Assembly (NCBI GenBank): GCA_003990765.1
Contig: RBNJ01000123.1
Coordinates: 1-40,396 of the forward strand
Length of the DNA stretch: 40,396 nt
From: Jimgerdemannia flammicorona
Lineage: Eukaryota
Reading direction: 5' to 3'
A model generated the notes under the pieces. The model saw only the letters and a list, made by a program, of their open reading frames with translations, was not told where the DNA came from and searched no databases. The first letter of the stretch is position 1, and each line of letters starts with the position of its first letter. Below are positions 1 to 12,341 of this stretch, piece by piece. The translations under genes and the position numbers were made by a program.

Positions 1-2680
1 ATTCCACAGCTCTCTTCAACCACCAGGCTCTCAAGCAGTGTAGCCTCTTAGGGAAATCCACCAGGCCAAGACCTCCCCTGACTACCGGTCTCGCAAGAGT
101 ATCCCAACTGACTTGGGACCTCCTCCCCGCCCAAATCCAATCCCTAGCCACCTTTATGAGCTTCTTCACCACCCATGCCGGGAAGTCCAGATGATACGCC
201 ACATACTACAGCTTAGGAAACCAATATATGTTCAGGATCGACACCCGCCCTGCCAAAGAGATGTGGCAGCCTCCCCAACCTCGAAGGGCCTCCCCCCAAC
301 TATGCACCTTGCTCTCCCACCACACCCTTGGCAAGACAGAACCATAGACAGAGAGGAAGATGCCCAGATATCGCACCACCTCACCAGTAGGGACAATTGT
401 TCCAATGACGTCCCCACCTACCAACCCATTCCCTAGCACCATTGTCTCACACTTATGCCAGTTGAGTTTTGCCCCAGAATGAGCCTCGTACCATTCCACC
501 ATCTCCCGAAGTTCCCCTACATCCACCACAGACCCAAGTCCAACCACCATATCATCAGCAAAGGCCCCCACCTTCCACACAATACCATAGATAGAGAGCC
601 CTGCTATCTTCTGGCGAATTCTATCCATCAATGGCTCCAGTGAAAGGGCATAGAGAATAGGGGATAGAGGGTCCCCCTGAGGTACTCCTCTTCCCAAGGG
701 AAACGCCCTCCCACTGTGACCATTACATGTCAGCACAGCCCGACTACTTTCCAGCAGACTCAACATAGAGGCCCTAAATGTCGTGGGGACTCCAATGCGG
801 TCCAACACCTTCCCCAACCACACCCGCCGAACCCGGTTGTAGGCCTTCTCCTGGTCCAGAAAGACCAGCCTCCCATCCAGTCCACAGGCCCAGGCCCCTT
901 CAATGACACCGTGGACCCAAGCAGTCCCATCTCTTATTAGCCTACCCCCAACAAAGCCCCTCTGCTCTACCCCCAGCACCTGTTGGGCAACCTTCTGCAG
1001 CTGAGCGACAATCACCTTAGTCACCATCTTCCTGTCCATATCCAAAAGCATGATCGGCCTCCAGTTCTTCCAGTCCTCCCTTCTTCCCTTGTCTTTGTAC
1101 AGTAGGGCCACCAGTCCCAGATCCTGCTCTCCAACCCATGTACCACTCTGAAGGACATGGTCACAAAGGTCGGCCATCTCGCCCAACACTCCGGGGACAT
1201 TTGCCATCTTCTTCCAGAAGTCCCAAGGCAATCCATCCTCCCCTGGCGCTGTCCCAAGCTTAGTTGCTGCCAGGACACCCTGGATCTTCTCCCCCTGGAC
1301 CAGTAAGATCAGGTCCCTCAATCCATCAACCTGCGGTGGTTTCCATTCCTCCAGTATATCTGTAATCTCCGCCTCATCTGCACCCCCTTCCTCCTCACTC
1401 CACAACCCCTGCCACCTCTCCTTCAAGACCCCCAGGATTTGTTGCGTGCTGTGAACCATGCCCCCATCAGCATCTAGGACCCCATCCCACCGATGACGCA
1501 CCCTCCTAGCTTTGAGAAGTCGCGATAAGTACCTAGTGGGCCGCTCACCCTCCTCAAGCCCCTGCCACCACAGCCTAGCAGCCATGCCCCGCATATGTGC
1601 CTCCTCCTCTTCCCTCAGCACCTGTTGTAGTTCCACTATCTCCAATTTCGCCCTCTCCAACCTCCAATCCTCCACCCCTACGCTAGTGAGCAAATCTGCC
1701 CAATCAACTTGTAGTCTCCTCAGCCTACTGGAAGCACACCTCGTGCGCCTCCTTCTCTGCCTCCCAGCCTCCCTACCAGCCTCTCCCCAATACACCCTTG
1801 CAGCCTCTTTCAATCGCATCCAACAGACAGTCACAGGCAAACCCTCATGCTTCCAGATACCAACTTTTGCCCGAATGTCCTCCACCCATAATTCCCACAG
1901 CCCCTTCTCAGCCAGTAGGGAGGAGTTAAGGCGCCAATGTCCGGGTCCATCTCCACTCCCCCCAAACTGCCCCTGTCCCAACAGTCCCCAGTGATCAGAC
2001 CATGGGCACCACTCTACTTCCAATGCCCTCCAAACATCCGGCCCCCAGCACTCTGCTGTCAAAATCCAGTCAATCCTCGTGCCCAGGCCATTCACCCAAT
2101 ACATATAGACCCTGTTGTCACTCCACCTTTCTCGGCCCATATCCCCCAAGGAGCTCAGCATCTCCACCTCCTCCCAAGCATCCAGACCTCCACTTCGACC
2201 TCCAGTATCCCGCCCACCATCAGTCCTATCCAGCTGCTGATCCCTAACCATATTAAAGTCCCCACCGAGAACATTGACCCCTTCCTCCAAGAGAATACCC
2301 TCCTCCAGCAATTCCCTAATCCATACAGTCCTCTCACCCCTAGCCGCAGGACAGTAGCAAGAGCCCACCTTCACTGACTCCCACCCTGGCCAATGCCAAT
2401 CTCCCCAGACCAAGCAATCGCCCCAGCTCTGAATTCCCTCCAAGTCTCCTCTGCCCTTCCTCACCAGAATCGCCACCTTTCCAAACCAAGCAGCAGCCCC
2501 CCCCCACTCCCTAGTCCACTCCATGTGATCATCCTCATCCTCACATCGAACATCCTGCAATAAAAAGAGATCAGCCTCCAATCCCTTGAGCCAAGTAAAA
2601 ATGTTCCTGCACTGCCCAGAGCCCCGCATCCCATTTACATTCAAGGAAAAAATGTTGGTTGTACTGTTTATAAGGAATAA
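1..2680 (-). pseudogene. LINE-A ORF2 (AP endonuclease + reverse transcriptase); open 206..2644, then a TGG>TAG stop
   Basis: APE motifs NVNG, LLQD, GGDFN, RIDW, WSDH. RT motifs EGERPTRY, PGEDGLP, NWRPIMLL, LDQEKAY, GVPQGDPLSP, FADD, YLG. No in-frame ATG seen; upstream ATA codons may be mutated ATG. Confidence 0.95.
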
Positions 2681-2703
2681 TGTTATATGTCAGGGCCCAT
2701 CCT

Positions 2704-4737
2704 CTACAAGTCCTCATCCCGCCTCTCCTGTGCCAAGTCCAAGTTGAGTTCAGCAGCTAGCTCCCTCTCCCCTGCTTTCTGCGCCTCCAGCTCTCCCAGA
2801 AGTTCGACCATAGCCCCATCCTCACACTCCTCAAAATCCTCACAATACTCCAGACAGGCCTCCTGCCAGAGCTGCAGACCATGACGCTCTGCCCAACAGT
2901 AATCTGCCCGCTCACCAGCGACCACCCCCAGCTCTGCCTTCCTTACCTCGTCCACCTCATATCCCTCCTCCTCCATCAAAATCGCCAGAATCTCTACCTT
3001 CAATGCCTCCACCATTCCATCCCCATGCAGAATCCTAGCCCAGTGCTCCTCAGGCATCGCCCGCAGGTCCACCTCCCCCAAGGCTTCTGCCACGAGGTTA
3101 TCCATCACCTTGCGCACCCACAACAAGTTCCCCACCTCCTTCCCTCTTGGAGTCCCCGGCCACCCTGCATCCAACATTGTGGTGTCAGCTCCTACACTAG
3201 CAGCCTCATCCCACTCCTCCTCAGGGACATCCACCAGCTCATCCTTGCCGACAGCTACCACCTGACCCCCTTGAGCCATATCCGGGACCCCAAAACGCAC
3301 CTGCTGGGCCCCCTGCATCCGTGTGTCCTCTGTCCTCCCTCGCTTCCCCACTGGGCCCCTCCTGATGAGTGGGGGTGGGGTGGCATCCAACTCCAGCTCC
3401 CACACTTCAAAAGTACCATCGGCAAACGGGTCCTGGACCTGCCCCTTCTCAGCCCCTGCCTCCTTCGCCTCCACTCCCTCCTTCCCTTTACCCACCCAGA
3501 CACTGGCCTCAGCGCCCCCAGCCTCCTCAGCCTCACCTGACTTCGGCTTCCCCCCACCAGTCATACCTGCCAACAGCTCCTTCTGCTTCTTGTGCCCCTG
3601 AATCCACTCCCACTGCCTCTTACTCATACGGATACGCCTCCCACCCACAACCTCCAGATGTGTCGATTCCTCAAACAGTTTCCAGGCCTTCGCCCTCCTC
3701 TCTACAGTACCACCCAACTCCTCCAGCACCTCCAACAAGTCCTCCTCCTCCTCTTTGCTCCCCTTCACCCTCGATACCTTGCAGATGACAGCCCCCCACA
3801 TCAGCACCGAGGGCCAGTCACTCTGCTTTCCTGTGGCCTCTTTCCCTGCCAACCTAATCCTGACATCGACGTTGCCCGTCCTGATAGTCGTCCCCTCCCA
3901 CAATTGAAATCCAATATCCACCACGTCGCCATACTCAACCATCACCTCCTACACCCTCCTCCTAGTCTCCTCCTTAGTCACCGTGGGCACCCCCCTCACC
4001 AGAAGCTGCACGACCCTGGGGTCCCACCTCAAGCACCTAACCATGGGGACCACTACCTCCCCAACCACCACTCCGGTCTTCATGGCCTCGTCCAGCAGGC
4101 CTGCCTCCTCAAAGCCCACCTCAACCCCCTCCATGCTCTTCAAGAACTTCACCAAGGCCGCACCAGCCACCTGCTTCGAGATAAGCCCCAGGACCATCCT
4201 CGCCGTCACCGCCAAGCCCCAGAAGCACAAGGTAGCCGCGAACTCCGAGATAGACTTCTTGAGCAATGGGGCCACTGCCAGTCCCATTACACCATCAGCC
4301 AGGTCCCCCTTCCGCATCGGGAGCCCCTGCCCCCCCTGGCCATCAACCATCACATCTCTTTTTTTTTCCAGATTCGCCGTCACGCCACCATCAGCAGTCC
4401 CACCACTACCCCCAGCCATCCCTCCACTTCCCCCACCTCCCCCCAGCGAAGGTCCAGCTCCCCCAGCGGTTCCATCCTTCTGCTTCCCCTTTCCTCCCGC
4501 CGGTCCACCACGAGTGCCCATCGGCCAGCCCCCACCCCTCAGCGTGTCCGCAAAGCTCCTCCCCTGCTTCCCTCCAGCCCACCCACCAGTGCCACTGCCA
4601 CTACCCAAGCCGCTCTGCCCACTTGAGCCACCGAAAGACCCCATCTCCAATCCATACCCTCTCCCGACAGTCTGCCAGTTGAAGGCCCCAGGTCCACCCA
4701 ACCTAGTACGCGCATCGGCTTGCTTGCTGGTTGACAT
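2704..4737 (-). pseudogene. LINE-A ORF1 (Gly-rich N-terminus, RRM-like core, acidic C-terminus) with one nonsense codon
   Basis: ORFs 3949..4758 and 2704..3945 are in frame across a TAG at 3949-3951; LINE-C has GAG at this codon. Homologous to the LINE-B ORF1 pieces 10764..11630 and 11664..12341. Confidence 0.88.
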
Positions 4738-4819
4738 TGCCTTAGTATCTTTCTCCAATAAACACTTCGAAAGTGTGTTGAAAAGTGTGTGTAATGTGAA
4801 TTGTAGTGGAGAGAGATGA

Positions 4820-5300
4820 TGCTCCCTCTGTCTGCCCCACCCATCTCAGACACTTGCAGCTTGGGGCTGCCCCTTGCTGCTGGCAGAGGGCCACAAATTT
4901 TGTATGCTCCCTCCACTGATCTTGTGCCCACCAACCCCGCTGACTGACTCTGCCTACTGACCCAGGTGCTGATAGCTTGGGGCTGCCCCTCGCTGCTGGC
5001 AAAGAGCTGCAAATTTTGCATGCTCCCTCTGCCTACCCCCCTCTCTGCCTCCCCCCCTCTGCCAACCCCCCCGACCAGGACACTTGTGGCTTGGGTCTGC
5101 CCCTTGCTGCCAGCAGAGGGCTGCAAATTTTATGTGCTCCCTCCACCGACTCCACACCCACCCACTGACCCACCTACTGACCCGGGCACTGACAGCTTGG
5201 GGCTGTCCCTTCTGCTGGTGGAGGGCCACAAATACTGCATGCTCTCTCCATCACTACCACCAACCCTGCTGACCACAGCCCCACTTGGGCTGCAAACTCC
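4820..5300. repeat. Tandem array, about 4 units of 106-117 bp
   Basis: gcttggggctgcccc...gctggcagaggg...caaattt...tgctccct recurs at about 4859, 4976, 5089 and 5195. Confidence 0.85.
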
Positions 5301-5404
5301 AGGCTGAGTCCTCAGGATTTTTTACCTTTTTATTATTTTGAAAGGTATTAAATATTCCACAAGACCAATCAACTTATCCACAAACCCCCAGGACCCACCA
5401 AATT

Positions 5405-8400
5405 TTAGTGGCCCAAGCCCCACCAAGACTTCAGATACATACATACCTGGATTATCTCAGCATTCAGCACACACCTCTTTGAGGCAACGAGGTCCAACCC
5501 ACCTGAGAACACCTGCTTGATGGGAGCACTGGAGGCAGGAATTGCCAGGTAGTCCCAAGCCATACCACACAGGCTGGGGAAGTCTGTTTGATGCAGCTGT
5601 ATGCTCTGGTGGGTAGAGCAGTGGGTAGAGCGGTAGTTAGATTGGTGAGTTAAATTGGCTCAATGCCCACCTGACAACCTACCTTTCACCAGTTGAGCAC
5701 CTCCATGCCCTCCAGTAGGATTATGCAGTCACTAGCAAGGTAAATAGTAAGTTCATCTATTGATGACAGCTCTTCCACTGATGGCTCCCTCTTCTTCTTT
5801 CTGCTGAAGTAAATGTGGGACAGGAGGGATCCCTTGGCATATTCATCTAGACTTTAGCTGGAACCTTGTAGTGGTACATAGTTTTTCCAGTATACTTTGA
5901 TTATGGCCTGTTTGGTTCTCTCAATAAAGTGCTGCTCCCAGCTCTGATCTTTATAGTATTGTAGCTTTAAGTGTGGGTCCAGTACTGTTTGAAGAAAAGG
6001 AAGAGTGAGTTTTTGTAGAGGTTTCTCTATTTTGGAAGGGACAATGGCTATACACTGACATTGACATACCTATACTGATTGAGTATATAGTAGTATCTGT
6101 TTGGGAGTAGTATTTTCTGAGCTTGCTTAGAGCAACCTCCATGACATCTCTCTGATCTGGGCTCAACCATAAATCACCACAACCCTCCAGCCTGCCTTGA
6201 GCTTGTCCTCTAGCCAGTCAATCAGAAGGTTATATACTAGTATTGCTGAGCTTATTATTGGAGTCATTTGTTTAACTATATCCTTCATACAATTGTCAAA
6301 ACACTGGCAGTTATATATGGTGAGATATTGCATTGTGTAGAGGCAGACAAAATGAGTGTAGAGCCAGAGTCATCACCACTTACTTCAAAAACTCTAACAA
6401 CATTCCTAAGTACATCCCACTTACTTTCACCTAGAGCCTCGGCTCATATTTCCTTGTCGGCAGCCACCATTGAATCTATTGGCTTTTTTTGTTTTTTGTT
6501 TTTTTTAAAAATAAATCTTCAATTATCTGAAACAAGTTGCTTCAGCTGACCAAAGAAAAAAAGAACATATACCACAGCAAACTCCAGTATACACTGGATC
6601 ATTGCAAATGTTGAGTTCTAATGTATACAGACATCCAATATAAGCTCTTTCAGAGCTAAACTGATTGCCCTACACTGAGTAGCAAATTTGTCTCATTGTT
6701 GTGAGAATGATTGGACCAACACAACCAGTTTGTACAGCTTGGAAATTATACTCAGGGTCCCTTCTCTCTCGGATGTTTTGTCTATGTGTGTAAGATAGTC
6801 CTGAACAGTAAGGTTCAGTACATGAGTCTGACATCATACACAGTAGCTTTCTGCACTGAAGGCCATGTTTTCCTGTTTGAGGCTGGCTGCTAAAACTTGG
6901 AAAAATGTTGAGTTGTTTATGGTATTGTCCATTGTAATGGCCAAAATCTGTACTTGAAATATTTAGTTGGCAAATTTATGTGAAAATAAATAACCAATAA
7001 AATCTGGTTTATTTTAGGACCTCCCTCAAAATGCTGACCTGATGGCAAGCCCCCCTTTTTTACCTTGGTTGTGATCTTAAGCTCCCAGATACAACTAATA
7101 AAAGTATCTGCAATGTTGTCTCCAGAATGAGGGCCAGCAAGTTTGATGAAGTCAAGGGTGAAAGATTTAAGCTACCAATCAAGGTATGCCCAGAAACAAA
7201 ATTGCATTGGGGGATATCCATGTGTCAATCATAAACGAAATTTTGCCTGCTGAATTCTGCTTATTGAATGTGAGGTTAAATTGGTGAGCTCTTTTTATAA
7301 TTCAGCTTGCAAAGGTCACAGTGCTGCTCTTATTTTACCTGAAGTATCTGGTAGAGATTGTCATGCTCCTTCCTATAGGCCTCCAGGACATCTTTGTAAA
7401 TAGTATCAGTACTTGGCAAATATAAATCATGCTTGAGAAGGCCAAAGATGCTATGCAATTGATCACTCTCGATAGTTGTGAATGGCTGGTCTGTGCACAC
7501 AATCCAGTGAATGAGCTGATTTCGAAATTCTGCCAAAGAGTATGGCTAAATATTTTTGATTAAATGGTATTGTTGGTATAGAAATGGTTGGGCAATTGGA
7601 TAAATGTACCCACCCCGCTCCTTTCTCTGCTACCTTACTGATCACAAGGTTTGGTAGGCAACCTTCTGAGTCCCCTTTCCTCTATTATTACCTTCTCTAC
7701 CTTGGGTTGGTTTGCTGTGCCTGCATGGGCATGGTGGGAGGAGGGCAATGGTGATGAGTTGCCCCTTTATCAGTGTTGAATTAGTGTCTTCTCCACTTTT
7801 CCATAGTTTCTGGTATCTTTGGCTGTATCTGGAGTATATTCATTTTGGTGTAGCATCTTCTTCCTTTTGCCATCACTAACAAGGTAGTGTCTCAGTATAT
7901 CTCAGACTATATAGGGAGTCAGCTGACCTTGGGCATCAAGTGCTCAGTGTAGGTTACCTGCAGGTCTTCGGTGTCTGTAGTGGGGCTCTCTGGCTTTAGC
8001 GAGCTTTCCAGCAAGCACGGTTCTGGTGTAAGTGACTGCTTTTCGGGTGTTGTTGGGATGGAAGGGGAGATGGCCATCACAGATAGGAGGAAGGGTGATA
8101 ACAGTGAACCAGTAGGGTGCCAGGCTGGGGGTGGTCATTGGGGCTGGAGCAGATGCTGCTTCAGTGGGGCCTTTTGATTAGTGCGGCATGGTTAAGTGGT
8201 AGGTGTCACTCTCGGCTTCTTTTGGTGGTCAGCAGGGTTGGGCCCCAGTCATCAGAGGGGGTCAGGGGGCCCAAGGCTACCCATTTCAGGTATCTTGGCT
8301 GCACTCAACTGGAACTGGAAGCTGACATGGCAATGTGATTGAGGCCTGCAGGCTTGAGTAGTGGGGTATTGGGGGTTTCCTCCCACCTCACATATAAGTC

Positions 8401-8780
8401 CTTTACTCATCTCAACTGAGAGAATCAGGCTCTATCCACTGTGTTGTGCTTTGATGAGGGTTTTTCTTTGCCTATCATTCTCTTTGGGGTGGCAGGGGCT
8501 ATTCTATTCAGCTCAGGTATGACCTTGTACATACATTGGGTTCTTAGGTGTGCACTTTTGGTCATTGGTATATGGTTGGGTTTCCCTTGGTGGTAGGGAG
8601 AGCATGGTACGCAGAATGAGGTGCAGGCCAATATAGGCCCTGCTGCGTCTGATATAGTCAAGCTGCTGGACAATAGCTAATCTAGATTAATGGGGGAGCA
8701 GTGCTTGGTGGGTGGTGGGGGAGGGTTTTGGCCTATATAGTCTAGGTTCCCTTCCAATAAAATTCTGTGGGACATGAGTC

Positions 8781-8822
<42 letters not shown>

Positions 8823-9180
8823 TACCCACCACAGCTTAGATGCCAATTTTATTTGTCTCCATATTCTTTTTGATTTTGTCAGAGTGTTTGTCTTTTATGT
8901 GTCAATTCATGTTCGAAGTCATACTACCAAGCATTTTGAACTTCTGGCTGGTGCAGTTTATAGGGGTGAATGAAACAATATTATATGTATGTCAAAACAA
9001 AAAGTATCAATAGGTGTATCTTAATTTTTTACCTACAATAATTACAAACAACATCATCTCCTATCTTAGTACAATATTGCCAGATTTTGGAGTAAGGATT
9101 ATGTGGAAGGCGTAGAACTATCAGGGATATTTGACTTGAAGCATCATTGGTACTGTGAACTATTGAAGACTGATCTGTTG
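5405..9180 (-). pseudogene. hAT-A transposase, multi-exon and degenerate
   Basis: BED finger pieces SKIWQY (about 9085) and INC..TSNMN(R)HIKDKH (about 8880-8960); WIVCTDQPFTTIE (7330..7536); KLRKYY (5951..6166); dimerization domain FPSLCGMAWDYLAIPASSAPIKQVFS...CMYLKSWW (about 5415-5582). Confidence 0.9.
7615..8817 (+). mobile_element. Polyadenylated retro-insert (non-autonomous, probably LINE-derived) with a 13-bp TSD
   Basis: aaatgtacccacc at 7602-7614 and 8818-8830; AATAAA at 8756; A36 at 8785-8820. Removing the insert restores an exon/GT-intron junction of hAT-A. Confidence 0.88.
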
Positions 9181-9285
9181 ATATGTGTGTTTGTATGTTT
9201 GTATGTACATGTGTATGCGTGTGTGTATATTGTGTATATGAGTATATATATTATATTGTAGATGTATTCAGCATATGAGTCATGT

Positions 9286-9545
9286 AGAGGATTTGGATTG
9301 GAGGATTTGGTTGAAGGATTCAGATGAGGATTCAGATTGAAGGATTCAAATTAGAGGATTCGGATTGAGTGATTCAGATTGAGTGATTCAGTTTAGAGTA
9401 GTTCAGATGGGTAATTCAGATGGGGTGATTCAGATGGGGCAATTCAGATTAATCTGAGTTGATTTGGATGGCTTCGGATTTGAGATTCGGATCAAACCAT
9501 TATATAATGAATTGAATCCAGATTTGATTCGAATTGACTCATTCA
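9286..9545. repeat. Subterminal repeats (GATTCRGATT type), probable 5' end of hAT-A
   Basis: More than 10 copies of gattcagat/gattcggat upstream of the hAT-A coding region. Confidence 0.7.
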
Positions 9546-10527
9546 GCTGGTATTTAGAAGAAGTTCACAAAGGAGCATAAGGAAAATAGAGATATCTGAA
9601 TCAAATATAACCACTATAAGATATCATATAAGGCTATTGGTGGCTCAATAATAAATTTGTGAGCACATTTTAACAAATTTTATAAGAGTTGTCAAATAGG
9701 AGCAATAGAGTTATTTTTTTTAAAAAGTATGATTTTTATATAACTTGTCTGCTTTTTTTTATTTTCTTATTATTAATTCATTACTACTTGATAATTCTCT
9801 AAATAGTCAAGATTCTCTGTAAAGTTATTTCAAGATAAACTTATTCACTAGATTATCTATGATAGCTGGCCTTTTACAGTTGTTTGAGAATTTAGAGCTG
9901 AAAGATCTTTTTTGCCTTCTGAAACTAAACATTATTATTCCTTCTACTAGAACTATATAAAGTGAAATTAGACTGACCTTTCAATGAAAATATGTTGCTA
10001 TCAAAATTATACTATAGATAAGATTTAATATTTTAGTGTTGAATATGAATTCAAATATTTCAAAGTTGAATAGCTTTGAATTTATCTTATTTTGATTTAT
10101 TTATTTGAAAATAGAATGTATCTGATCAAATATCCTTCACTATTGATACATAGATATCACCCAATATATATATATTTCTTTGGAATTAATACATACTGGA
10201 TTTGTCAAAATTGGTAACTCAACTGTATATTGATTAATTTTGTCAAGCTGTTAGGATCTCATTTAGGTGAAAATCTTTCTAGTATCTTTGTAAACTGTGT
10301 TCAAGATTTTCGCATACAGACAAAGATATATAGAGAACAAGTCTTTCAAAAAGATTGGGACTTCTTTTGCTTGAACCATTCGGAGAGAGCTAAGCCACAC
10401 AGACATCTTTCAGCGAAAGACAACACATTTTCAAGTTTTATTTCGAACATACTGGTGTACATTGTGTGGCGGGAGTCTACCTACAAGGCACAACAAGTTT
10501 CAAGGAAAACCGTCAAGTTTTGGCAAT

Positions 10528-12341
10528 ATGGCTAGTTAAGATTCTTCTAGCTCTGAGTGTCTGGAGAGGAGGAGGCCTGGTCTGAGCATTCCCAAGAGTT
10601 TTGCGGCTGCTGCAGGGGCTGGAGTGGATGCAGGAGGGGCTGGGGGACAGGGGAGGACTGGTGGGATCAAGACCTGGCAAATGGTGGTAGGGAATAGGGG
10701 GCTGCCACTAGGCCCATGGGGGTGAGACAGGGGGGGCATAGTGTTGACAGGGGGAGGGGTTAGATGACAAGTCAGATGATGGGTCAGGTGGCTGGCAGGG
10801 GACAGGGGTCTGGTGGTGTGATGAGGGGGACTGGTTCTTCTATGGCTGGGCAGGTGGCTGGGGAGAGGACTGCTGGTGGCACAGCTGTACCTGGAGGGAC
10901 AACCACGGGTGTGTCAGGGGCTAAGGGAAAGGTGACTCTGGCAGCTGGGACTGGCGAGCTGATAGTGAGGCCTTTCTTCCATAAATCAGTGTTGATGTGG
11001 GCGATCTTGGTGAACTTTCTGGGATTGGCAATGTCAGTGAGGGAGGTTCTGAGGATGGTGGGGGAGGAAGTGGCTGGGGCAGAGTCTCTGAAGTTCATCC
11101 CTTTGGCAGAGGTGGTGGAGATTGGCTTTGTGGAGGAGGATGCAATGGTGAAGACATTGGAGAAAGAGATGACCATTAAGGGTGTTAAGATTGGAATGGC
11201 GAGGTGTCTGAGGTGGAATCCGCATGTGGTTTGGCTGGTGGTGGAAGGATTGCCAACCCTGGGCAGACAGGAGACCAAGGAGATGGTGGTTGAGGCACTG
11301 GGTGGATATGGTGAGATGGTGGACTTCGGGTTCATATTCTGGGAGGGTACCAAGTTGAGGAATGGCAACTGCGAGGTGATGCTGCATCTGGAAGGCAAAG
11401 AGGTGATGGGGCTGGGCCGCGATTGGTCTGAAGGGATCTGGATTGGAGGGCAAGAGTGCAAGGTCTGGAGGAGAAAGGGAGCAGAACAGGAGGAGGAAGA
11501 GTTGGCAATTGCTCTGGAGGAGTGGGAGGCTGCCAAGGAACTACGGAAGAGGAAGTGGGAGGAGTATGTCAAGGATTGGGTCTGGATTCAAGTGGATGGC
11601 AAGCGGAAGAGGTGGAGGAAAGGGAATTAGGAGCGTCTGCAGGCAGCCCTCCAAGGGGCGGCAGTGGAAGAGGAGGCGAGAGCAGAGACTGCCAAGAATC
11701 AGATGGAAAGAGTGGAGGCAGCAGAGGTTTCCCTCTCCCAGCTGGGTGGTGTGGAGGACTCAGCACATGCGCTGGTGAGAGGAAAGTGGGCAGATAAGGA
11801 GGAGGTTGGTGAGGGAAGCTTTGAGGTGGATGACGAAGTGGTGCCGGAGACTCAGGTGGAGGACACCCATATGGTCGGGGCGGCGAATGTCCATTGGGAG
11901 TGCCCAGAAGCGAGTGAAGTAATTCATTTGGAGAAAGTTGTAGAGGAGGATGAGCTGGTGGATGTGGCTTCTGATGTGTCGGCTGATAGAGAGCAACTAC
12001 AAGAACTGAGCAGAACCCCCAGGCCCTCGACCCCTGGGCCCCTGGTGATGACAGCGGAGAGCTGGTACCAGGCAGTGCTTGAGGAGCTGGTGGAGGAAGA
12101 CATCAAGGAAGTGGACATATTTCATGGATCTCAGGAGACATGGGAAGGATTTCTCAATGTAGCAATGCAAGGGCCTAAGCTGGTGACGGTGATGGTGGCT
12201 GCCCTTCTGGATGATGAAGGATATGATGTGGATGAGAGCAGAATGGCCGACATCAGAAAGGTGGCAACTGAAAGAGTGGACCTTTTCTGCAGCAGTGCAA
12301 ATGGTGACCATATCTGGAGGGCAATTTGCGAGGACCAGTGA
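10528..12341 (+). pseudogene. LINE-B ORF1
   Basis: ATG at 10528; SFAAAAG; RCLRWNPHVVWLVVEGLP..YGEMVDFGF..WEGTKLRNGN aligns with LINE-A ORF1; several stops. Confidence 0.87.

Larger units (their letters stand above)
1..4819 (-). mobile_element. LINE-A: L1/Tx1-clade non-LTR retrotransposon; 3' end lies beyond the window start
   Basis: ORF1 followed by APE-RT ORF2 on the minus strand. The short leader (cacacacttttcaacacactttcgaagtgtttatt) resembles the LINE-B leader. Abrupt junction with a tandem array at about 4820, so the 5' boundary is approximate. Confidence 0.93.
4820..9549 (-). mobile_element. hAT-A DNA transposon (decayed), 3' part interrupted by LINE-A
   Basis: Minus-strand hAT transposase remnants plus subterminal repeats ending near 9545, where the sequence switches into the BED finger of hAT-B. 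The second terminus and TSD are not in the window. Confidence 0.7.

Noticed and set aside
206-2644. Unusually Trp-rich ORF2 or a variant genetic code as the explanation for in-frame stops
   Set aside because: Stops of all three types map to Trp, Gln and Arg codons by single transitions, and CGG>TGG plus G skew inflates Trp.
2881-4819. Long plus-strand Pro/His/Ser-rich ORFs (for example 3592..4626 and 3983..4819; also 10784..11572 on minus)
   Set aside because: Antisense shadows of G-rich LINE ORF1; the strand skew suppresses stop codons.
8767-8973. Poly-Lys ORF
   Set aside because: Translation of the poly(A) tail.
10230-10535. 101-aa ORF as a gene
   Set aside because: Chimera of a hAT-B exon, an intron start, the TSD and the LINE-B leader.
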